Positions 9,568-21,500 of a stretch of DNA of 45,040 nt are shown here, piece after piece. How positions within the stretch are numbered: position 1 is the stretch's first letter; the number at the start of each line of letters is the position of its first letter. The notes under the pieces are model-generated. The model was not told the DNA's origin. It made no database searches and saw nothing but the letters and a program-made list of their open reading frames with translations. The translations under genes and the position numbers were made by a program. The stretch is from positions 1 through 45,040 of the forward strand of contig JBBSQY010000026.1 in NCBI GenBank assembly GCA_038243585.1, read 5' to 3'. Origin of the DNA: Candidatus Sumerlaeales bacterium (lineage in GTDB: Bacteria > Sumerlaeota > Sumerlaeia > Sumerlaeales > Sumerlaeaceae).

Positions 9568-9657
9568 ATAGAGACGAAAACAGGCTCGAATATGCTGTGA
9601 CGGACATCCGATTTATATTATTTTATTATTATAGTTACGTTAGAAAGAGATTAATCG

Positions 9658-10377
9658 ATGAAAAAGAGCTTCACCCGCCAATCCGGCGGGTTCACCTTAA
9701 TCGAGCTGCTCATCGTAGTTGCCATTATCGCAATTCTTGCGGCTATTGCCGTTCCGAATTTTCTGGAAGCACAAATGAGGGCAAAGGTATCGCGGGTAAA
9801 GGCAGATCATCGCACCATTGCAACTGGTCTGGAAGTTTACCACATTGACACCAATGCATATCCACTAACCAACTTCGATAACCGTTCGTTAACTTTTAAA
9901 GTCGGTGGAGGATTCCAACTTACGCTGGAGCGTCTGACGACCCCAATATCGTATTTGACTGGGGAATCGGCCTTTGTTGATCCATTTGATCCTGCGAGTG
10001 GAAATATCTATTATCGCGGTCCCGATCTTGATACTCCATTTGTCTTAAGCACATCCGGTGATGCGCGGACAAACCGCACATATTGGTACACAGCGTGGAC
10101 CGCGGATAACATGAAAACGTGGAGCAGTATCGGCACCGCTAATAACACGCCAAGCTGGTATTTTTTGGAGTCTGCCGGGCCAGATCGTCGGTTTCATTTG
10201 ACCGCAGAGTTCCTCCGTACTCTCACGGCCGATAATGACTTCAACCGTAAGCGGACGGGGAAACTTTTCTACGACGCCACAAATGGTACGGTGTCTCGCG
10301 GTAGCATTTGGCGTGGTGGCGGAAGCCCACCATCTGTTGCCCTGTCGTTTTATCATCTTCTGCACTCGTACAAATAA
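9658..10377 (+). CDS. Prepilin-type N-terminal cleavage/methylation protein (PulG/type IV pilin-like), paralog 2
   Basis: ..RQSGG/FTLIELLIVVAIIAILAAIAVPNFLEAQ, LTTPISY, and ESAGPD...YDATNGTVSRGSIWR. Confidence 0.9.
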   Translation: MKKSFTRQSGGFTLIELLIVVAIIAILAAIAVPNFLEAQMRAKVSRVKADHRTIATGLEVYHIDTNAYPLTNFDNRSLTFKVGGGFQLTLERLTTPISYLTGESAFVDPFDPASGNIYYRGPDLDTPFVLSTSGDARTNRTYWYTAWTADNMKTWSSIGTANNTPSWYFLESAGPDRRFHLTAEFLRTLTADNDFNRKRTGKLFYDATNGTVSRGSIWRGGGSPPSVALSFYHLLHSYK

Positions 10378-10396
10378 CCTGGGTTTTCAAAAACGC

Positions 10397-10430
10397 AAAA
10401 AGCCGGATCTGAGATTTCAGATCCGGCTTT
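10397..10430. terminator. Bidirectional intrinsic terminator
   Basis: AAAGCCGGATCTGA / TCAGATCCGGCTTT inverted repeat between the convergent pilin gene and tsf. Confidence 0.88.
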
Positions 10431-10450
10431 AACTTTTGCTGCCTGTTTAA

Positions 10451-11338
10451 TTAATCTTCCGTTTCCGCTGCTGCGCCTTCGCCCAGCTGGTAACGGACAA
10501 AGCGACGCAAAGTCAGACCGTCGGCACCGTGGGCTTTGCCGGCCTCTGATACTACGGCTTCGACCTTCTTGTCAGGATCCTGCACATACGCCTGCTCAAG
10601 CAGACACACTTCGCCATAATACTTGGCGATGCGGCCGTCCATGATCTTGTCGATGATCTGCTCAGGCTTGCCTTCATTAAGCGCCTGGTTGCGGAAGATG
10701 CCTTTTTCAATTTCAAGAGCTTCCGGCGAAACCTGATCACGGCTCAGGCAGGTAGGATTCGCGGCGGCCACATGCATCGCGATTCCGCGGGCAGCCTGCT
10801 GAAATTCCGGATTACCGGCCAGGCTTGCGCCACCGGCAAATTCCACCAGCACGCCGATTTTGCCCGGAGGGTGGATATAAGATACAATGACGCCGTCAGT
10901 GGAATCCAATTTGGCAGCCCGGCTAACAACAATGTTCTCGCCGATTTTTGCGATGGCATTTTTAACGACCTCAGCAACAGTCGAACCGTCAAGCTGGGTA
11001 GTTAAAACATCTGTGCCCTCTGGGACGGTTACGGCATGCTGAGCAATTTTATCCGCGAGCGCCTTGAAGTCGTCATTGCGGGCGACGAAATCGCTTTCGC
11101 TGTTGATCTCAAGAAGAGCGCCCTGCCGGGAATCCGGGCTGAGAGCGGCAACGATAAGACCCTCTTTGGCCGCACGGCTGCCACGCTTAACAGCGATAGC
11201 CTCGCCGCGTTCACGAAGCAGCGCCATGGCCTGTTCAGAATCTCCCCCGGCCTCGGTCAGCGCCTTTTTACAATCCATCATGCCTGCGCCACTTTTTTCG
11301 CGCAGTTCCTTCACCATCAGTGCGGTGATCTCCGCCAT
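10451..11338 (-). CDS. tsf: Translation elongation factor Ts
   Basis: MAEITALMVKELREKSGAGMMDCKKAL, EINSESDFVARN, IAMHVAAANP and EVCLLEQ. Confidence 0.98.
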   Translation of the reverse strand: MAEITALMVKELREKSGAGMMDCKKALTEAGGDSEQAMALLRERGEAIAVKRGSRAAKEGLIVAALSPDSRQGALLEINSESDFVARNDDFKALADKIAQHAVTVPEGTDVLTTQLDGSTVAEVVKNAIAKIGENIVVSRAAKLDSTDGVIVSYIHPPGKIGVLVEFAGGASLAGNPEFQQAARGIAMHVAAANPTCLSRDQVSPEALEIEKGIFRNQALNEGKPEQIIDKIMDGRIAKYYGEVCLLEQAYVQDPDKKVEAVVSEAGKAHGADGLTLRRFVRYQLGEGAAAETED

Positions 11339-11460
11339 CTTCAAATGTTTCCTTTCGTAAATAAACCTAAATCTCTAACGCAGGGACGCGGAGGGGATAG
11401 TTCTTTTGTTTGCTTTTCCTTCGCGCATTTACGCCTTTGTATCAAATTCTTTTGTTTGGA

Positions 11461-14100
<2,640 letters not shown>

Positions 14101-14611
14101 TCATAGGAAAGCCCCCGCGAAGGGGGGCTCAAAAAACCGGCAGGGCCGGACAACGCCATTGATTGATGGCTATTACCCAAACCAGTTTGCAAGTATGAAA
14201 TTCACTGCCTTCCTGCCGTCGGGTGATGGTGTAATTGGCGTGTATAATTGGAATTAAAAGGTTTAGCCAAACCCTAAGGCGATTTTTATGGAACATTTGT
14301 TCTTTCCTTTGGGGCGGAATCGCCAAATTTCAGAGTTTGGCTCTTTCTGGTTGGCAAAAACGATATGAACTTAACTTATAAAAGCCTAATTTGTCAACTA
14401 ATGATATATGACATCGCGGAGTTCGATATTGCACCGTCTTGGAACGAAGCCGATTGATCATTGTCTGTTGTTCGTTGCAGACAACTACTCTGCGATATAA
14501 GTTTACAGGCCCGAAATAAGACGTGCAGGTTCAGCTCTAGATGCGACTGCTATTTTCTGAATTGAAATTTTAATAAACGCGCGCAACTTACGGTTCCATT
14601 GGGAGAAGTAC

Positions 14612-16549
14612 ATGAGGTTTAGACAAAAGCAGGTAAAGTGTGCCGCGAGAGATTTGCGCGTGGGGATCCCTAACCTGGAGTTGCGACGCAGTGTTTATCC
14701 GGCGATTGTGGTGGGTATTTTAGGTTCGGTTTTTTGTATTGAACCGGCCTTCAGCCAGACAACCAGCCCTCTTGAAATTTTAAGTGGGGCCCCAAAAGTA
14801 CGGCTCGACGATCCAGAGCCAACGCCGCGACCGGTCGACCCGGTGCCTTATGTACCGCCTCGAGGCCCAGCTCCTGTTATCAGACCTGTGCAACCGGCGC
14901 TTACTCCTTATGCCGGGACTCGTGTCGGCGGCGCCCCCGCATCCCAGCCAGATCCCTACTATCCACCTGCGACCCAGGCTCCACGATTTGTCACTCCGAC
15001 CCCAACGCCGCGGCCAATACTTGGACCAGAAGATGTTAATCCCAAGCCTAAAAAAGGGTTTGTGCGCGGCCTGATCAATGCTATACCTTTTGTGGGTGGC
15101 GACGATGATGAGGAAACGCCAGTTCCTGCCCCACCGGCACGATCAAACAATCAGAGTGACCACACGCCTGACAGGGATAATCCCGCCAGCGGTTCAACAA
15201 TATATCGTGGCTATGACGCCGCCCCTCCCCATGATCCCGCTGAAGAGCCACTATTGCTGCCTCCCGGCTCCACTCCTTTGCCCTCAGTATATCCCAGCGA
15301 TCCGGAACCGTCGTCACCTCCCATTATGACCCCCACACCACGCGCTGCAGATCCATCATTTGACGACGCTGTTAGAGATCTTGATGATCCAATTAGACCA
15401 GATGGCGGCACAAGTATTGGCACTCCGGGACGTCCCGACGAACCGTTAAGCAATGCCCCTGTCCTGACTGTAAAACGCGAATCGGATAGCACCAGTCCTA
15501 CGTATACCCAGCCTGCGCCTCCTTCCGGCAAGTCGCCGGCGCTTTCTCCGCCCACTATCGATCCAACCCCAAAGCCTCTGGAGCGAGCCACCACTTCGGT
15601 TCTAATCCAGGAGTCGCGGCCATCATCAGATTCTCTCGGCCCAGAGCCGGATGCTTCGGCGACGTCGCTTAAATCTTTCGATCCGACGGCTACTCCTGCG
15701 CCGGACCCGGTCGCTGATCAAACTGCGGTTGATGATCTGCTGACCAGTCTGGTCATTGAGCAGGCGGACCTGGGAATGCCAAATCCTACGTATGAGCAGA
15801 ACGCATCCGTTCTGGCAGAGTTTCAAGACGCTGTGCGTAAAGCCCGCGCAGACGATCATGCCGGGGCCGCTCAGGCTTTTCGCGATTATGGACTGAATCA
15901 CCCATCATCGGGCCTTGCTCCCCGTGCCTATTTCCTCTCAATAGTTTTTGAGACAAGCCGCAGCAAGGCAAAAGAAAATCTGGAATCATTGCGTCGCCTC
16001 TTTCCGGAAAGTCGTTACTTGAAAGAAGCGGAAACCCGTCGCACGGATATCGCTGCGTCGCCGGCGCCGGATGCCGAAGCCGTTGCCGCACCGATAGAGG
16101 CACCTCGCGAGAAAGTAGTTCGTCTCGAAAAGGAATTAACTGCCGCGGTTGGCGACGCGGCTCGGGAGCCAGTTTTACGCAAAGATCTGGGCCTGACCTA
16201 TCTGGAACTGGAAGAATACGACCGCGCCTACGAGGTTTTGCGTCCCGCCGCAGAGATGTCCGCGGGTCAGCCCGCCGAGGGCGAGGTGTTACTTGCTTTG
16301 GGGCGGGTGATGGTTGGCCGAGGCGAAACGGTGCAGGCAATCAGCCTTTACGACGCGGTTGATCAAAAGTATCCTGACCTGATCTACAAGGACGCGCCGT
16401 CGGCCTGGAGTGTCGGCCTCGCTTTTGAAGGCGGCGGACGCTACAGCAAGGCCCGCACGATTTATAACACCCTGAGACAACGCTGGCCAGAGTCAGTCGA
16501 AGCCGGCTGGGCCACGTCCCGTCTTACGGATTTAGCCTCACTTCAGTAA
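14612..16549 (+). CDS. Exported protein with a long Pro-rich disordered N-terminal half and C-terminal TPR-like (BamD/CpoB-like) helical repeats
   Basis: Hydrophobic stretch ending AFS, then a P/D/S/T-rich region. C-terminal repeats include HPSSGLAPRAYF, FPESRY, LGLTYLELEEYDRA and WPES. Confidence 0.7.
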   Translation: MRFRQKQVKCAARDLRVGIPNLELRRSVYPAIVVGILGSVFCIEPAFSQTTSPLEILSGAPKVRLDDPEPTPRPVDPVPYVPPRGPAPVIRPVQPALTPYAGTRVGGAPASQPDPYYPPATQAPRFVTPTPTPRPILGPEDVNPKPKKGFVRGLINAIPFVGGDDDEETPVPAPPARSNNQSDHTPDRDNPASGSTIYRGYDAAPPHDPAEEPLLLPPGSTPLPSVYPSDPEPSSPPIMTPTPRAADPSFDDAVRDLDDPIRPDGGTSIGTPGRPDEPLSNAPVLTVKRESDSTSPTYTQPAPPSGKSPALSPPTIDPTPKPLERATTSVLIQESRPSSDSLGPEPDASATSLKSFDPTATPAPDPVADQTAVDDLLTSLVIEQADLGMPNPTYEQNASVLAEFQDAVRKARADDHAGAAQAFRDYGLNHPSSGLAPRAYFLSIVFETSRSKAKENLESLRRLFPESRYLKEAETRRTDIAASPAPDAEAVAAPIEAPREKVVRLEKELTAAVGDAAREPVLRKDLGLTYLELEEYDRAYEVLRPAAEMSAGQPAEGEVLLALGRVMVGRGETVQAISLYDAVDQKYPDLIYKDAPSAWSVGLAFEGGGRYSKARTIYNTLRQRWPESVEAGWATSRLTDLASLQ

Positions 16550-16630
16550 GTTCCGGGCGCGAATTGTGCTGTTGACACTGCCAGTTCGTACCAATATCCG
16601 TAACGTCATACCGTTAAAGGAATCTCTGCT

Positions 16631-17449
16631 GTGTTATTTTTTCAACCTTCCATATCCGAAAAATCGCTTCTGTTTGCCGTTGGAATTATCGGCGCAATGC
16701 TAACCCCCGCCGTAGCCCAAGTGGCCACCGTACAGGTTCCCGCTGCTGCCCCTCAAAGTGACCGCCTTGACAACGGCACTCTGGTTCAGCGTGGAGTCAC
16801 GCTGGGTGTCGGCGGAGCCGCAGCAACTTATGGGGTCGGGAAAGTTAGTGGAGCCGCCAAAGGCTTGGTCAATGTTGGTAAGGTCCGAAATGTTGCTCAC
16901 TGGGGACCGGCGACTGCAAGCGTTCCAATATTTGGCAAGGCGGCCGCCGGCGGCCATATCATTCCGACCACTATCGGCCAGGTGCCAGTAATGGGTTATG
17001 TCGTAAATCGGGTTCCCGTAGTCGGGCCCGTTATCGCTGGACCGGCAAACCCCATATTAGTGGGCGCCGTTGCCATTGACAATTACGTGATCCCAAAATA
17101 CTCACCTTGTGGATATACAAAAAGCAGCATCGTTGCAGTCACCAATGACTTTAACAGCCCGCCAAAGCTGCGCGGATATGTCAATTATCTCGCGCCTTTG
17201 CCATACACCCACCCCCCTATATATAGCCCTGCAACCCTCAATACTGATTTGCCGGCGGACGTTGCCTATATTGATGGCGTGGCCCCACATACATTGGTCA
17301 GCGGCATGACTCTTCCCGGTTCAGCAACGCCTTATCAGACGGATTCCTCACGATCCGATTACGCAGGCGCCGGGACCGGCGGCGGACTCGGACCTGCAGC
17401 CTCCACTAATCCGACCGGCGGCTTGTACTCGGTTAATACAACACCTTAA
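16631..17449 (+). CDS. Hypothetical secreted Gly/Val/Pro-rich protein
   Basis: GTG start after AAGGA and a signal peptide ending AVA. Gly-rich hydrophobic segments; no family recognised. Confidence 0.6.
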   Translation: MLFFQPSISEKSLLFAVGIIGAMLTPAVAQVATVQVPAAAPQSDRLDNGTLVQRGVTLGVGGAAATYGVGKVSGAAKGLVNVGKVRNVAHWGPATASVPIFGKAAAGGHIIPTTIGQVPVMGYVVNRVPVVGPVIAGPANPILVGAVAIDNYVIPKYSPCGYTKSSIVAVTNDFNSPPKLRGYVNYLAPLPYTHPPIYSPATLNTDLPADVAYIDGVAPHTLVSGMTLPGSATPYQTDSSRSDYAGAGTGGGLGPAASTNPTGGLYSVNTTP

Positions 17450-17466
17450 TTCTCTCACTCCATGTT

Positions 17467-17500
17467 CTGGGAACGGGGTGCAACGGCACCCTGTTCCCAG
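17467..17500. terminator. Strong hairpin between convergent genes
   Basis: CTGGGAACGGGGTGC / GCACCCTGTTCCCAG, without a clear U tract. Confidence 0.55.
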
Positions 17501-17543
17501 TGTAAGTCAAGCTTGACCCATTAATAGTCGCGATCTCTTCGGT

Positions 17544-18044
17544 TTAACTCTCATGACCAGCCATCGCGTCAAATTGCTCCGCGTCCAAACGGTAAAAGCA
17601 CCAGTCTTGCAGGTGCTTTGCGCCCTTTTTATGATAGAAATCCCGGGCTAACTGGTTCCAGTCCAGAACGACAAATTCGACGCGCCCGCATCCCCGAGAT
17701 CTCGCCTCCGCTGTTACCCGCTTAAACAAGGCAGAACCGGCTCCGGATCCGCGAAAATCCGGCAGCACAAACAAATCTTCCAAATATAGAGTCGGCAGCG
17801 CCAGGAATGTAGAGTAAGTCTCCAGGACGAACGCATATCCCGCCGACTGTCCGTTCGATGTTTCTGCCAGAAAAATATTAAATCGGGGCTTTTCTGCAAA
17901 AGCATCTGTCAGCAGCCGTTGCTGCGCCTCCTCGGACGGTGGGTCCAGTTTTTCATAATCTGCTAATGCTTTAATAAGCATAATGATATTGTCGGAGTCA
18001 GCCGGAGCGGCCGCTCTCACTGAGATGTGCGCGTGATTTTCCAT
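17544..18044 (-). CDS. GNAT N-acetyltransferase (spermidine/spermine N1-acetyltransferase-like)
   Basis: IKALADYEKL, YSTF...LYLEDLFVLPDFRGSGAG and VLDWNQLARDFY. Start taken at MENHAH; the ORF extends to 18086. Confidence 0.88.
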   Translation of the reverse strand: MENHAHISVRAAAPADSDNIIMLIKALADYEKLDPPSEEAQQRLLTDAFAEKPRFNIFLAETSNGQSAGYAFVLETYSTFLALPTLYLEDLFVLPDFRGSGAGSALFKRVTAEARSRGCGRVEFVVLDWNQLARDFYHKKGAKHLQDWCFYRLDAEQFDAMAGHES

Positions 18045-18199
18045 GCGACTCCCATACACCCTATGGATGATTTCAATGAAAGACAATATTTATGTTGTGC
18101 TTAAAAATCAGGATCGAGATACTCTTTAATAGTTTTACGCGAACAACCATCCCTGTCGTAACCCGTTAAAATTATATTAACCGAGAGTCCTAGAGTCCC

Positions 18200-20734
18200 A
18201 TGGAAACCACACAAACTGCAGATACGCCGATATCCGGTCTAAAAGGCGATAATGATTCCTTTCTCCCGTTAAACCCCACTCCCTTTGATGGCGTGCCTAT
18301 CATCACAGAAGAACGCTTCCGCGAGCAGCTTAAACAGCGCGTTAAATACAGCCTTGGCCAGGATTGGGGGACAAACATCAGCGTCAAAAATCTCCTGTGG
18401 GTCGTGTCACTGGCCATTCGCGATTTAATGATGGAGCGCTACCTCGCCACCGAACGGAGGTATCAGCGGAACAACGTCAAACGTGTCTATTATCTTTCCA
18501 TGGAATTTCTGGTCGGAAGCAGCCTTGGTAACAATCTTATAAACCTTGGTATCACGGATCAGGCGGAAAGAATTCTGTTGGAATTTAGCTCAAGCCTGAG
18601 CGACTTATGCGAGGCGGAACTTGATGCCGCCTTGGGGAATGGTGGACTTGGCCGCCTCGCCGCCTGTTTTCTTGATTCTCTCGCAACCTTGAATATGCCC
18701 GGTTTTGGCTACGGAATTAACTACGAATACGGCCTATTTTGCCAGAAGATTGAGAACAACCAGCAGGTGGAAATGCCGGATAGCTGGCGTGTTCTGCCCA
18801 GCCCCTGGCTTCTGGATCGGCATGATGAGCAGGTTATCATACCACTATATGGTAAAGTTGTAGACGCTCCCGATCGGTTTGGAGAGGTCAAACCGACATG
18901 GGTCGAGGTTCGGCATTTCATAGGCGTGCCGAGCGATATGCCCGTCGTGGGTTATGGTGCTCGGACGGTTAACTATCTGCGCCTGTACTCCGCCCGGGCG
19001 TTTGAGGAATTCGACATTCAGAAGTTTAACGCCGGAGAATATGTAAAAGCGGTAGAAGAACGCATTTCCTCGGAATCGATCAGCAAAGTTCTTTATCCCT
19101 CAGACGACGTCGAGAGTGGCCGCGAACTTCGCCTCGTCCAGGAATATTTCTTCGTGGCCTGCGCCATACGCGACATTATACGTCGTTACCTTAAAAAGAA
19201 CGCCACTTTTGATGGCTTTCCGAACCTGGTAGCCATTCAATTAAACGATACGCATCCGGCTCTAGCCGTTGCTGAGTTAATGCGCGTCCTATACGATGAA
19301 AACAATGTTTCCTGGGATAAGGCGTGGGAAATTACCACCGCGACCTTGAGCTACACAAACCACACGCTGCTTCCGGAGGCGCTTGAAAAATGGCCAGTCA
19401 GGCTGTTCGAGCGAGTCCTGCCCCGCCACCTGAGCATTATCTATAGCATCAACAAGCGTTTCCTGGAAAAGGTCAGTCTCCGCTGGCCGGATGATGTCGC
19501 GCGCCTTAAACGCATGAGCATCGTAGAAGAATCAAACGGGTACAAAGATGTTCGGATGGCACACCTCGCCATTGTGGGAAGTCACGCCGTAAACGGCGTC
19601 GCGAAACTTCATACGGAATTGGTGAAGACTCAACTTGTGCCGGATTTTTACGAACTATGGCCGGAGCGATTCACCAACAAAACGAATGGAGTAACTCAGC
19701 GTCGCTGGCTGCTGAAGGCAAACCCGAAGTTGGCAGACCTGTTGACGGAGTGCGTGGGAGAACGCTGGGTGAAGGACCTCAATCATCTGAAAAAGCTGGA
19801 ACCATTCGTCGATGACGCGGGAATCCAGGAGCGTTTTATGACCATAAAACACGAGAACAAGGTGCATTTAGCCGGAATAATCCAGAAAACCACAGGCATC
19901 GTCGTAAATCCGGACAGCATTTACGACGTCATAGCAAAACGCATCCACGAGTACAAGCGCCAGTTGCTTATGGTGATGCGCGTAATGCATGACTACCTCT
20001 CAATAATAGAAGATGGCGTCTTGCCCGTACACCCCCAGACATATATATTTGCGGGAAAAGCAGCCCCCGGTTATTGGGCGGCAAAGCAGATCATCCGGCT
20101 AGTAAACGAACTGGGCGAAATCATCAATAATGACTTTCGCACACGCGATCGGATTAAAATTGTGTTCATTCCGGATTACCGCGTTTCCCTCGCCGAATCA
20201 ATCATGCCTGCTGCCAACATTTCCGAACAGATTTCAACCGCAGGTAAAGAAGCCAGCGGCACCGGCAATATGAAATTCGCCATGAACGGAGCTCTGACCG
20301 TCGGGACCCTCGACGGGGCGAACATTGAAATAAAAGACGCGGTCGGCGAAGAAAATATCTTTATTTTCGGCCTGAAAGTCGAGGAAATACAGGCCCTGCG
20401 TGATTCCAACAGTTATAACCCGTGGGACTATTATCGTAGAAGCGCTTCCATTAAGAGAGTAATGGACACTTTTAACTCTGACCATTTCTTTCCCGGCGAA
20501 CCGGGAGCTTTTAAATGGATATTTAACAGTATTCTCCACAACGGAGATCCTTACTTTCACCTCGCCGATCTGGAGAGCTATCTTCGTATCCATGAAGAGG
20601 TCGTGGCCGAATACGAAAAGCCATCACAGTGGGCACGAAAATGCCTGTTGAACGTGGCGCGTATGGGACATTTCAGTAGCGACCGCACAGTAACCGAGTA
20701 CGCCCGTGAGATATGGGACATTAAACCCATCTAA
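18200..20734 (+). CDS. glgP: Glycogen/starch phosphorylase (GT35)
   Basis: YYLSMEFL, LGNGGLGRLAACFLDS, IQLNDTHP, KRIHEYKRQLL and the PLP motif EASGTGNMKFAMNG. Confidence 0.96.
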   Translation: METTQTADTPISGLKGDNDSFLPLNPTPFDGVPIITEERFREQLKQRVKYSLGQDWGTNISVKNLLWVVSLAIRDLMMERYLATERRYQRNNVKRVYYLSMEFLVGSSLGNNLINLGITDQAERILLEFSSSLSDLCEAELDAALGNGGLGRLAACFLDSLATLNMPGFGYGINYEYGLFCQKIENNQQVEMPDSWRVLPSPWLLDRHDEQVIIPLYGKVVDAPDRFGEVKPTWVEVRHFIGVPSDMPVVGYGARTVNYLRLYSARAFEEFDIQKFNAGEYVKAVEERISSESISKVLYPSDDVESGRELRLVQEYFFVACAIRDIIRRYLKKNATFDGFPNLVAIQLNDTHPALAVAELMRVLYDENNVSWDKAWEITTATLSYTNHTLLPEALEKWPVRLFERVLPRHLSIIYSINKRFLEKVSLRWPDDVARLKRMSIVEESNGYKDVRMAHLAIVGSHAVNGVAKLHTELVKTQLVPDFYELWPERFTNKTNGVTQRRWLLKANPKLADLLTECVGERWVKDLNHLKKLEPFVDDAGIQERFMTIKHENKVHLAGIIQKTTGIVVNPDSIYDVIAKRIHEYKRQLLMVMRVMHDYLSIIEDGVLPVHPQTYIFAGKAAPGYWAAKQIIRLVNELGEIINNDFRTRDRIKIVFIPDYRVSLAESIMPAANISEQISTAGKEASGTGNMKFAMNGALTVGTLDGANIEIKDAVGEENIFIFGLKVEEIQALRDSNSYNPWDYYRRSASIKRVMDTFNSDHFFPGEPGAFKWIFNSILHNGDPYFHLADLESYLRIHEEVVAEYEKPSQWARKCLLNVARMGHFSSDRTVTEYAREIWDIKPI

Positions 20735-20840
20735 GGGAATGCCCGGTAATATATGGCAGAACTTTTGACCGGGGAATCCGTCGAATAACTTCAAAAACCG
20801 GTGGTAGAAAATGGCCGTGCGGCTAACAATTGCACGATGC

Positions 20841-20916
20841 TGGCGAGTGGCGCAACTGGCAGCGCATCTGACTCTGACTCAGAGGGTTCTAGGTTCGAAT
20901 CCTAGCTCGCCAGCCA
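20841..20916 (+). tRNA. tRNA-Gln (anticodon CTG)
   Basis: Acceptor stem TGGCGAG/CTCGCCA, discriminator G, encoded CCA. D arm GCGC/GCGC, anticodon arm TCTGA-CTCTGAC-TCAGA, T arm CTAGG-TTCGAAT-CCTAG. Confidence 0.97.
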
Positions 20917-21043
20917 ATTTTTCTTATTAATATCGACCCTTTCGGTTTCAAATAAAGCCACCTTATAGGTCGTCGTCATTTTTAGACAAAAAAACTGCCG
21001 GACGATTTCTCGCCCGGCTATTGCAAATCTAAAACGAAATCTA

Positions 21044-21313
21044 CTAAACTCGGCTGCCCCGCTTTTTCGCAACAAGGCGATAAACAAGCAGCAAAATGAC
21101 AGCACCCAAAACTGCTAGAATAAAATTGCCGATGCTCCAGCGGTCCATTGTTCCCATTTGGAAAACAAATGTTCCGATCAACTGCCCGATCAACGCGCCG
21201 ACGATTCCGAGTATGGATGTGATAATACATCCACCCGGATCTTTTCCAGGCATAAGCAGCTTTGCTACAACGCCGGCAATGAGGCCGAAAATAACCGCGC
21301 TAATAATACCCAT
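21044..21313 (-). CDS. GlsB/YeaQ/YmgE family (transglycosylase-associated) stress membrane protein
   Basis: GLIAGVVAKLLMPGKDPGGCIITSILGIVGALIG...AVLGAVILL. Confidence 0.92.
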   Translation of the reverse strand: MGIISAVIFGLIAGVVAKLLMPGKDPGGCIITSILGIVGALIGQLIGTFVFQMGTMDRWSIGNFILAVLGAVILLLVYRLVAKKRGSRV

Positions 21314-21500
21314 CTCTTAAAAGTTCTCCGTTGTTTTAATTAGAAGCATGGAACATTAAAAACTTCAGGCAAGTCCTGTGCCGTGCAAAATGCACAAGCA
21401 AATTAATTAACATATAACCCCCTTTCCTGGGGCCGAATCGTAAAATTTATTGCGGCGTTTTCCAGTTGCCATATCATCCGCGTTTGTTCCTGATACTCAT

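Noticed and set aside
20841..21040. tRNA-Gln as an integration site for an island
   Set aside because: No integrase in the window and I found no duplicated tRNA 3' end.
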